A DNA stretch of 44,168 nt from Chthoniobacterales bacterium (GTDB lineage: Bacteria; Verrucomicrobiota; Verrucomicrobiia; Chthoniobacterales; UBA10450). The notes under the pieces were generated by a model. It made no database searches and was not told the origin of the DNA. It worked only from the letters and a program-made list of their open reading frames with translations. The DNA lies in assembly GCA_046262275.1 (NCBI GenBank), contig JBHENA010000001.1:1-44168 (forward strand). Direction: 5' to 3'. Position numbers and translations under genes: made by a program. Numbering within the stretch: the stretch's first letter is position 1; each line of letters begins with the position of its first letter. Of this stretch, positions 34,838-42,612 are shown piece after piece.

Positions 34838-36033
34838 CGAAATCGCAAATCAGCGTGCCCGTAAGCACCGTTTCGATCCCGTTGATCAACTCGGAAGGCG
34901 TGGAGCCGCCGGTTCGAAGCGGCGGCACCGCCCGGCTCTTCGTGCGTGAGAGCATCCCGGTCGTCCTTGCCTTTTTGGCGTCGCGACTGCTCATCTACGG
35001 CCTTATTCTACTCTCGCGGCTCATCGTCCTTCCAAGCTCACGCAGTTTTGACGGCGGCTTTCTAACCGTTCTCGTGCAACGTGAGGGAGTATCCTACTTC
35101 GACATCGCGAGGACCGGCTATGGCGCAGCCGCGCACGCTGCCCCGACGCTTGATTTTTTTCCCCTTTACCCGCTGCTCGTCCGCGGTGTCTCGCTCGTGT
35201 TCCGAAACTTCGCTGTTGCGAGTGTGGTCACAGCGAACCTCGCGCTCTTCGTCGCAGGACTTTTGCTGCACCGACTTCTGCGCAAAGAATACACAAACCC
35301 AAAAATCGCGCGGGCGGGGGTGTGGTTCCTGATGTTCACCCCCGGTTGTCTGTTCTTCTCTGTTGGGTACTCCGAGTCGACCTTCCTCGCACTGGCGCTT
35401 GGCAGTTTGCTGGCGGCAATGAACAGGCAGTGGCTGCTCGCGTCTGTTTGTGGCATGGCTTTGGCCGCAACGCGCAGTTTCGGAGTGCTGATCCTGTTTC
35501 CGCTCGCAATCGAATTTCTGTGGTCGGATCGGCAAGCGCATCGTGCGATCGATGCGCTGCTCCGGCCGCGGAATCTGCTGCTTGCGCTCATCCCGACCGG
35601 CCTCGCCGCGGTGGTGGCATTCGGGTATGCGAAGTACCACAACCTGCTGGCTGCTTCTGAGGCGCTCAAGATTTGGGGACCCGGGTTCCGTTCCCCAGTG
35701 GCGGCTTTTGCGGATGGCCATCGCGGTGCACCGACGTTTGCCTGGCTTTTTGGTGGCGTCGTCGTCACCAGCACGCTTATGCTAGCTGCAGGATGTTGGC
35801 TGAAGATGCGAGCCAGCCATATCGCCTACGCTCTTATTTTGCTGGCAGTCTCATTATTCTTCAGCGGTTTCGAAGCGATTCCGCGGACGATCTGTTTGAT
35901 TTTTCCGCTTTACGCCGCCGCTGGTATGCTGTCCGTCCGGAGCAGGTGGTTGTATGAGCCGCTGCTGGCGGCGAGCGTGGTGGTGCTCAGCATGTTGACG
36001 GTGCTCTGGGCGAATGGGTATTGGATTCCTTAG
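34834..36033 (+). CDS. PIG-V/Gpi18-like GT-C membrane protein, paralogue C
   Basis: Motifs FFPLYP, YSESTF and FEAIPRT. The first-loop motif reads QREGVSYFDIARTGY, so the WD of the other paralogues is RE here. I trimmed the start to ATG 34834. Confidence 0.8.
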   Translation: MTKSQISVPVSTVSIPLINSEGVEPPVRSGGTARLFVRESIPVVLAFLASRLLIYGLILLSRLIVLPSSRSFDGGFLTVLVQREGVSYFDIARTGYGAAAHAAPTLDFFPLYPLLVRGVSLVFRNFAVASVVTANLALFVAGLLLHRLLRKEYTNPKIARAGVWFLMFTPGCLFFSVGYSESTFLALALGSLLAAMNRQWLLASVCGMALAATRSFGVLILFPLAIEFLWSDRQAHRAIDALLRPRNLLLALIPTGLAAVVAFGYAKYHNLLAASEALKIWGPGFRSPVAAFADGHRGAPTFAWLFGGVVVTSTLMLAAGCWLKMRASHIAYALILLAVSLFFSGFEAIPRTICLIFPLYAAAGMLSVRSRWLYEPLLAASVVVLSMLTVLWANGYWIP

Positions 36034-36107
36034 GAGTTGCGCAGTCATTGTTGCCGCAGCTTTGGAGAACCTTGACTGGCGACGCTCGCACAGCGATTGA
36101 GTTCGCT

Positions 36108-36803
36108 ATGGCAGATTTTGTCGAGGCCGATCTCCGGAAGCTGAGCGTCACGGCAGGGTTAGCCGTTACTGTTTGCGCAGTTGCAATCCCGCTCATGCTC
36201 AGCGGATGTGGCAAAGGGAATAGCAACACCGCCCAACGTGCGGAGCCGACGCCGGACTCGCCCGTCTCACGCCAATCTGCGGCCTCTGCGCAGACTCCCG
36301 CTGGTGCTTCGCCCTCGGCTGCACAGCAGCCGCAAGGCGGTCCGCAAACACGTGCAACAAGCGGTCAGCGGGTTGAATACGACACTTTGATCGAGTTCAC
36401 CGAGGGGGGGAACTCTGACGCGCTGAAGGTCTCCGGCTGGAGCATTGCGGAAGCGGGATTTACGTGGACGGAAGGAACAGCGGCGATGCTGTCGCTGCGC
36501 GTGCCGCCCGCCGACAGCCCAGTGACCTTAAAAATGAAAGCTGCGGGAAGCATCAAGGAACCCGAAGTGCCGTTTCAGCCAGTTGAGATTGACATCAACG
36601 ACGAGAAGATCGCGGACCTGCAGGTAGGAAACACTGCGGAGTTCAGTGTCCCCGTTCCCGAGCACCTAACGAAAAGCGGCGGCGTCCTGACGATCGCTCT
36701 CCGGACACCGAAAGCGGCTTCGCCGAAGGATCTCGGGCTGAACGAAGATGCGCGCGTGCTGGGGATTCGGGTGTTCAACATCGCACTCTCGACGGTTCAG
36801 TAG
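36108..36803 (+). CDS. Lipoprotein, uncharacterised family, paralogue C (with a long low-complexity linker)
   Basis: Lipobox MLSGC. A ~50-aa Pro/Ser/Ala/Gln/Thr-rich linker follows, then GWSIAEAGFTWTEG, QPVEIDINDEKIADLQV and PKAASPKDLGLNEDARVLGI. I trimmed the start to ATG 36108. Confidence 0.7.
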   Translation: MADFVEADLRKLSVTAGLAVTVCAVAIPLMLSGCGKGNSNTAQRAEPTPDSPVSRQSAASAQTPAGASPSAAQQPQGGPQTRATSGQRVEYDTLIEFTEGGNSDALKVSGWSIAEAGFTWTEGTAAMLSLRVPPADSPVTLKMKAAGSIKEPEVPFQPVEIDINDEKIADLQVGNTAEFSVPVPEHLTKSGGVLTIALRTPKAASPKDLGLNEDARVLGIRVFNIALSTVQ

Positions 36804-36957
36804 CCGATAACTTACGGCACATTTCGCGCTGCCCGTTGTCGCTCCTGCAGCCAAGCGCGTCTACTCCATCGTCGGCCGCCCGGTTCGTCGCGAGCGAGCC
36901 GTTCTAACGTCTCGCGGATATTGACTTCCGACTGCCTCCGGCTCTTGTGCTTGCCTC

Positions 36958-37530
36958 ATGGATCGGAGCCGGAAAAAGACTGGCGATGAACCTCGACTGA
37001 CTACGGCGGGCGCGCGGTTGTTCGCCGCCACAAGCGTCGTGTTGGTTCTTTCGGCCTGCGATCGCACGACCTTCGCCACGCGGCCGGAAAGCTCCCGAGG
37101 CGCAGATTACGTCTACGGCACCGTCATCGGTTTTGGTACAGCGGACGGGTTCAAGGTCTCGGGCTGGAGCCGACCCGAACAGCAATCCACTTGGAGTGAG
37201 GGCAACAAGGCCGTGCTGGCGTTAAACTTGCCGCCGAGCGAAAACGGACGGGTCGATCTCGTCGCGACCATGTCCGCCTACACTCACCCGCCTGCGCTGA
37301 CGTCGCAGCCGGTGGAAGTCTACGCGAACGAACAGAAAATTGCTGACTGGGTGGTGAGCGATCTTGCAGAATTTAGCGTCGGCCTCCCGGACACTGTCGC
37401 AAGAAAAGGCGGGACTGTGCTTCTCTCACTTCAGCTTCCAAAGGCAGCTTCCCCAAAAAGCTTTGGTGACGGCGAAGACTCGCGCATCCTTGGGATCTGC
37501 ATGCGCAATTTCCGGCTGGTGCGTCGCTAG
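36958..37530 (+). CDS. Lipoprotein, uncharacterised family, paralogue C2 (no GT-C immediately upstream)
   Basis: Lipobox VLSAC. Blocks GWSRPEQQSTWSEG, QPVEVYANEQKIADWVV and PKAASPKSFGDGEDSRILGI. Confidence 0.75.
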   Translation: MDRSRKKTGDEPRLTTAGARLFAATSVVLVLSACDRTTFATRPESSRGADYVYGTVIGFGTADGFKVSGWSRPEQQSTWSEGNKAVLALNLPPSENGRVDLVATMSAYTHPPALTSQPVEVYANEQKIADWVVSDLAEFSVGLPDTVARKGGTVLLSLQLPKAASPKSFGDGEDSRILGICMRNFRLVRR

Positions 37531-37562
37531 CGGCCGGGCAGGCGGACACGGCACAGCACGCA

Positions 37563-38765
37563 ATGAAGAAGCCTCGGGTCGCGTTCATCGTGCAGCGTTG
37601 CGGCGTCGAAGTTAATGGCGGCGCTGAGGCGCACTGTCTGCAGATCGCGCAGCGGATGGCGCGCCACTGGGACACTGAAGTCCTGACCACCTGCGCATTG
37701 GATTACATGACGTGGGAGAACTCGTATCCCGCCGGCCTCGAAGAAATCGGAGGGACGATAGTGCGGCGGTTTCCGGTGGATCAACCGCGGGACGTCACGC
37801 ACTTCGACGAGCTTTCCGCCAGGCTCCGCGGACGGGGGGTAGCGGCAACACAGTCCGAGCAGGAAGAATGGATGCAGGCGCAAGGGCCAATCAGCTCGGG
37901 TTTGCTGGACTATTTAGGCGCACATCGCGGTGAATACGACGCCTTCATTTTCTTCGGCTATCTTTACGCGACGACGTATTTCGGTTTGCCCCTCGTTCAG
38001 GAGAAGGCATTCCTTGCGCCGCTCGCGCACGACGAATGGACGATTTACCTCAGCATGTGGGACAGCTTCTTCGCTCGTCCGCGCGCGCTGATTTTCAACA
38101 CTTCCTTCGAGAAGGAATTCCTCCGGCGTCGCCTCCCCTCGCTCTCTCTCGAAGGGCCAGTGGTCGCCGTTGGAATCGAGCCGCCCGCTGACTTTGCGCC
38201 GGAACTATTTCGAGCGCGCTACGGACTTGATGATCCGTTTCTGCTCTACGTCGGGCGAATCGACGAATCGAAAGGCTGCCGTTGGCTGATCGAAAACTTT
38301 GTTCGCGCGCGGAACGCCGGGCGGATTCAGCACAAGCTGGTGCTTGCTGGGACTGAAGTGATGCCGATTCCGTTCCACGACGACGTCATTCACCTCGGGT
38401 TCATCGATGAGGCGCAGAAATGGAGTGCGATGGCCGCATGTGATTGGCTCGTAATGCCTTCGCCGCACGAGAGCTTGTCGATGGTTCTGCTGGAAGCTTG
38501 GGGCGCCGGGCGACCGGCATTAGTGACTGGCGATGCAGAGGTTCTCGTCGGGCAGTGTCGGCGTGCGAACGCGGGGCTTTGGTATCGAAACTCGGAGGAA
38601 TTTGAGGCTATTCTGCGTACGATTGACGGCTCGACCAAGCAGCGGCTCGGCGCGCGGGGGCGGCAGTTTGTCGCGACGCATTATTCGTGGGAGCGCGTCG
38701 TGAACAACTACGCGGATCTATTCGAGGAGCAGGAAGCTATCCCCGTCTATAATCGCCGCGGCTGA
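37563..38765 (+). CDS. GT4-family glycosyltransferase
   Basis: PRVAFIVQRCGVEVNGGAEAHCLQIAQRMARHWDTEVLTT is paralogous to the N-terminal module of the 21629 gene. Also LLYVGRIDESKG and the EX7E-type block SPHESLSMVLLEAWGAGRPALV. Confidence 0.85.
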   Translation: MKKPRVAFIVQRCGVEVNGGAEAHCLQIAQRMARHWDTEVLTTCALDYMTWENSYPAGLEEIGGTIVRRFPVDQPRDVTHFDELSARLRGRGVAATQSEQEEWMQAQGPISSGLLDYLGAHRGEYDAFIFFGYLYATTYFGLPLVQEKAFLAPLAHDEWTIYLSMWDSFFARPRALIFNTSFEKEFLRRRLPSLSLEGPVVAVGIEPPADFAPELFRARYGLDDPFLLYVGRIDESKGCRWLIENFVRARNAGRIQHKLVLAGTEVMPIPFHDDVIHLGFIDEAQKWSAMAACDWLVMPSPHESLSMVLLEAWGAGRPALVTGDAEVLVGQCRRANAGLWYRNSEEFEAILRTIDGSTKQRLGARGRQFVATHYSWERVVNNYADLFEEQEAIPVYNRRG

Positions 38766-39504
38766 GGTGTTTCTCCAGCCAGATGTAGAGGCAGATAAAC
38801 AGGTAGCGGCTGCCCATTTCCTTGATCTTCAGTTTCGGCGCACCGGTCACTCGATTGCGGTAGGTATTCGGCATGCTGGTCCAGCGATAGCCACGGACGA
38901 TCGCCTTCAGCGGTAGCTCGACGGTGAGATTGAAATGCGGCGAGATGAGCGGTCGGCAGCCGTCGATGGTGGTGCGACGATAGGCTTTAAACGCGTTCGT
39001 TAGATCGTTATGGCGAATGCCGAACAACAGTTGGAGGAACAGGTTTGCCATGCGATTCAGCAGGAGCTTGAAGCGAGGGTAATCGATGACACCGCCCCCT
39101 TTCATGAAGCGGCTGCCGAAGACGCAATCGTAGCCTTCGTTCAGGATTCGCCAGAAACGCACGACGTCGCGCGGATCGTCCGACTCGTCAGCCATCATGA
39201 TGACGACGGCATCGCCAGTCATGTGGTTCAGACCCCAAATGATTGCGCGCCCGAAACCGTGCGCATCGGTGTTTTGCGTCGGAGCAAGTGTCGGAACGCG
39301 GTCACGAAGCTCTTCTATGATGGCCCAGGTGCGATCGCTGCTTCCGTCATCCACAACGACAATCTCATGCGGCACTTTCTGCAGCCGCAGTTCGGTGTGG
39401 AGATGTTCTACCGTTGACGCGATGCAGCCTTCTTCATCGCGTGCCGGTATCACGATGGACAACAGCGAAAGCGGCGGAGCGCTCCGATCGGGCCGCTGCT
39501 TCAT
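38737..39504 (-). CDS. GT2 polyprenyl-phosphate glycosyltransferase (Dpm1/ArnC/GtrB-like) with a C-terminal TM segment
   Basis: LSIVIPARDEE, IVVVDDGSSD, MMADESDDP, CVFGSRF and the C-terminal hydrophobic stretch YLFICLYIWL. I trimmed the start to ATG 39504, which overlaps the upstream stop (ATGA). The 3' end overlaps the convergent GT4 gene by 29 nt. Confidence 0.85.
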   Translation of the reverse strand: MKQRPDRSAPPLSLLSIVIPARDEEGCIASTVEHLHTELRLQKVPHEIVVVDDGSSDRTWAIIEELRDRVPTLAPTQNTDAHGFGRAIIWGLNHMTGDAVVIMMADESDDPRDVVRFWRILNEGYDCVFGSRFMKGGGVIDYPRFKLLLNRMANLFLQLLFGIRHNDLTNAFKAYRRTTIDGCRPLISPHFNLTVELPLKAIVRGYRWTSMPNTYRNRVTGAPKLKIKEMGSRYLFICLYIWLEKHLSRGDYRRG

Positions 39505-40571
39505 AGCGGAGAGGAAAGATCGAGCCACTCCGGATGCTGCTCCGCATGCACAGCGATCTCGTCGAGGATAGCGTCAAGCGACATCGTCGGCCGCCAATCC
39601 CACTCTGCTTCGGCGCGTCGCGAATCCATCACGACCCACGGGAGATCGAAAGGTCTTGGCGCCGGATCAGCGCCGATGCTGTGCGCTCCGAAACGCGCCG
39701 CGCACCAGTCGCTCAGCTGCGCGAGTGACATCGCGTTTGTAGCGCGGCCGCCGAAGTTCAAAATCCGTGGCTTTGCCGCGAACGGCTCCCGCATTTGCCT
39801 TAGCAACAGCGGAACGAGGTCCCGCGGATGCAGCGCGTCGCGCACCTGGAATCCTCGGCCGCCGAAGCCGATGTATTTCAACGGGCGTCGACGCAGGTAA
39901 GCGTTGATCCAGAAGGCGAAAATACCCTGGTCAGCGCGACCAAACTGACCCGCGCCGGCCAGCACCCCGCAGCGGTTAACCCAAACTGGAAAATCGAAGG
40001 TTTCGCCGTACTCGAGCGCGAGAGCCTCAGACGCGAGTTTGGTGCTGCCGTAGAGCGAAACCGGCGCTGCGGTGGAGAATTCTTCCCGGATGCCGTGAGA
40101 TGAAATGCCCGGAGGCAGACTGCTGTTAGTTACCGGCTGAAAAGCGCCGTGCAGTTCTTCAACATGCAATGTCGCAAGGGGCGCAATGGCGTAAACGCGG
40201 CTCGTACTGAGCAGAATGCAACCGGCACGATCACGCTTTGCGAGCTCGAGAATATTGACGGTCCCATAGAGATTGTGCTCGATGAGCTGCCTACTACTCG
40301 TGAGGCCGTCGACGCCCGCGAGCACGCTCGGATTCGCCGCGGCATCAACGATCCAATCGACGTGCGGTAGCGTTTCCATGTCACTCGCCGCTCGGATGTC
40401 GGCGTGGAAAAGCTTCACGCCGCGTTTCCGCAGCGGCTCCCGCGTGAGTTCGCTACCGGGCCGGATAAAGTTGTCGAACCCTACAATCTCGATGGTCGAA
40501 TCAGCGTCCAGAAGCGCGTGTGCGACCGTGCTTCCGACAAAACCGCAAATACCCGAAACAAGCAGCTTCAC
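39501..40571 (-). CDS. NAD-dependent sugar-nucleotide epimerase (extended SDR, CDP-paratose/tyvelose 2-epimerase-like)
   Basis: KLLVSGICGFVGS, STSRVY and YGSTKL (YxxxK). The block ADQGIFAFWINAYLRRRPLKYIGFGGRGFQVRDALHPRDL resembles the RfbE-type epimerase block as I recall it. Start is GTG 40571 (MKLLVSG) or TTG 40580. Confidence 0.8.
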   Translation of the reverse strand: MKLLVSGICGFVGSTVAHALLDADSTIEIVGFDNFIRPGSELTREPLRKRGVKLFHADIRAASDMETLPHVDWIVDAAANPSVLAGVDGLTSSRQLIEHNLYGTVNILELAKRDRAGCILLSTSRVYAIAPLATLHVEELHGAFQPVTNSSLPPGISSHGIREEFSTAAPVSLYGSTKLASEALALEYGETFDFPVWVNRCGVLAGAGQFGRADQGIFAFWINAYLRRRPLKYIGFGGRGFQVRDALHPRDLVPLLLRQMREPFAAKPRILNFGGRATNAMSLAQLSDWCAARFGAHSIGADPAPRPFDLPWVVMDSRRAEAEWDWRPTMSLDAILDEIAVHAEQHPEWLDLSSPL

Positions 40572-40774
40572 GCGAAACAAAGAGCAGGGATAGAAGAAGG
40601 GAGGTTCTGCACCGCTCCGATCTATATGACCACGCTAAACTTTCCACCCATTTCGCTGCTGCCCGTCGCCTTGACAGAATTCGCCAGCGCCAGCAGCGTC
40701 ACCGCTGATCCAAATGGCCGGGGTCAACGTGCTCGCGCATCGGCTAGCGATCGGACGGCACACCTGCCACGATT

Positions 40775-42019
40775 ATGGAGATCCAATATCTATCTCAACC
40801 TGACGCCGAACAACGGCCGCAGCCGGGCAGCACTCGGGCTCGTTTCGACGCGTTTCTTCGCTCCTGGATGTTTCGCGACGTGCTGATCCCGTTCATCACC
40901 GCCCGCGCGGTGCTTACATTGATCGGTTGGCTTGCGCTGCAGTATTTTCATAATCTTCCCGCCAATCCCGGCAGCTGGGAGCTGAACCCCGCCGGCCAAA
41001 TCACGACCGTCTCTCACCTCTCGATGACGAGCCATCCATTGCTGAACATGTATTCGCGGTGGGATGCAGGCTGGTATCATTCCATCGCGAAGCAGGGATA
41101 CAGCTTCAAGCCGGGTCGCCAATCGAATACGGCTTTCTTCCCGCTCTACCCAGCGCTGATGCGGGCCGTCCACGTGTTCATTCCATCGGATACCGATTCG
41201 TCTTGGTTCCTCGCCGGAGTTATCGCGTCTAACTGCGCCTTCCTCGTCGCGCTCTGCTATCTCCTGCTGCTTTTGCGGATGGACTTCGATCAGGAAACGT
41301 CAGCCCGGGCCGTACTCTATCTGCTGGTCTTCCCGACCGCATTTTACTTCTTCGCGGTGTATGGCGAATCGGTCTCGCTCGCCACCACGGTCGCGGCATT
41401 TTATTACGCGCGGAAAAACAACTGGTGGCTCGCTGGCGCGTTTGCCGGAGCTGCGACACTTACGCGTTCGCCCGGGGTTCTCCTCGGCGCGCCCCTTTTG
41501 GCCGAATACCTTGGGCAACGCGAGTTCCGGTGGCGCAGCATCCGCGCTGATATTCTTTCTCTCGGGCTTATCCCCGCGTGTCTCATCGCGCACATGCTTT
41601 TCCTGCGCTGGAGCGTGGGCAACGTGACCGCCATCCAAGACGCGCAGGCTGCGTGGGGCAGTCAATGGGGCAGGTTCTCCGCGCCTTGGGCCCCGCTGTT
41701 CCGCTTGCGTCCTCATCCGTTTACGTATTTCGATTTCATAAACGTCGGGTTCGCTGGCGTGATGTTAGTGCTGGTCGTCCTCGCCGCCGCGCGACTTCGA
41801 CTGAGCTACGGCGTGTATGCGGTCACCGGTTTCTGGTTCATCACTTCATGGGGCACGTATGAATCAATGCCGCGATACGTGATCGTGCTATTCCCGGCGT
41901 TCCTCATCCTCGCGAAATGGGGCCACAATCGCGCATTCGATCGCGCGTACGTCGCCGTCGCCAGCGCGTTGGCCGCGTTGTTCATGACGCGTTTCACACT
42001 TTGGCTTTGGGTCGCGTGA
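40775..42019 (+). CDS. PIG-V/Gpi18-like GT-C membrane protein, paralogue D
   Basis: Motifs RWDAGWYHSIAKQGY, FFPLYP, YGESVS and YESMPRYVIVLFPAF, in a multi-pass protein. Confidence 0.8.
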   Translation: MEIQYLSQPDAEQRPQPGSTRARFDAFLRSWMFRDVLIPFITARAVLTLIGWLALQYFHNLPANPGSWELNPAGQITTVSHLSMTSHPLLNMYSRWDAGWYHSIAKQGYSFKPGRQSNTAFFPLYPALMRAVHVFIPSDTDSSWFLAGVIASNCAFLVALCYLLLLLRMDFDQETSARAVLYLLVFPTAFYFFAVYGESVSLATTVAAFYYARKNNWWLAGAFAGAATLTRSPGVLLGAPLLAEYLGQREFRWRSIRADILSLGLIPACLIAHMLFLRWSVGNVTAIQDAQAAWGSQWGRFSAPWAPLFRLRPHPFTYFDFINVGFAGVMLVLVVLAAARLRLSYGVYAVTGFWFITSWGTYESMPRYVIVLFPAFLILAKWGHNRAFDRAYVAVASALAALFMTRFTLWLWVA

Positions 42020-42034
42020 TTCGTCCGTAAACGC

Positions 42035-42601
42035 GTGATCGTTAAATTGCGAAAACCAATCTGGTGCAGCGCTGCTGCATATTGTGCTGCGTTCATGTTG
42101 ATCGGCTGTGACGGGCCGCACAACGCTGACGACTATGCGCTGGACACTGTCGTGAACTTCGGCGCGCAAGGCGACGCAGAGCGCTTTCGTGGGGAGGGGT
42201 GGAGTCACGCCGAGCCGGCATTCACCTGGGCTCTCGGGCCGCGCGCTAGATTGCATATGAACGTCCGCTGGAACAGCCGTCCGCTCGGGCTGCGCATGCG
42301 GCTGGCAGGTATGCATCACTTACCGGACCTGCCGTTCCAAACGGTCGAGGTCGCAGCGAATGACATTGTTGTTGCGACATGGCAGGTCGCGAAAACCGGC
42401 GATTTTACCGCCGTCATTCCGCCGGATGTGCTGGCAAAAAGACGCGTCCTTTACCTGGAGCTCAGGTTGGCAAACGCGACTTCGCCGAAAGCTCTCGGCT
42501 TGACCGCGGATTCGCGGCCCCTCGGCGTCTCTTGTTTCGAAATGCAGCTCACTAAAGCGGTCGCGCCGCAGGATATGTGGCCGCAGCTCGCCGCGCGCTG
42601 A
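42035..42601 (+). CDS. Lipoprotein, uncharacterised family, paralogue D
   Basis: GTG start 15 nt after the PIG-V-D stop. Lipobox MLIGC. Blocks GWSHAEPAFTWALG, QTVEVAANDIVVATWQV and ATSPKALGLTADSRPLGV. Confidence 0.75.
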   Translation: MIVKLRKPIWCSAAAYCAAFMLIGCDGPHNADDYALDTVVNFGAQGDAERFRGEGWSHAEPAFTWALGPRARLHMNVRWNSRPLGLRMRLAGMHHLPDLPFQTVEVAANDIVVATWQVAKTGDFTAVIPPDVLAKRRVLYLELRLANATSPKALGLTADSRPLGVSCFEMQLTKAVAPQDMWPQLAAR

Positions 42602-42612
42602 TTGCGCCGAGA

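Noticed and set aside
21629-42601. Interpretation of the locus as a conventional O-antigen, capsule or EPS cluster.
   Set aside because: No Wzx, Wzy, Wzz, Wza, ABC exporter pair, WecA/WbaP-type initiator or synthase is recognisable inside it. Instead it is dominated by GT-C enzymes and polyprenyl-phosphate sugar synthases. Such genes could still lie outside the window, so this rejection is provisional.
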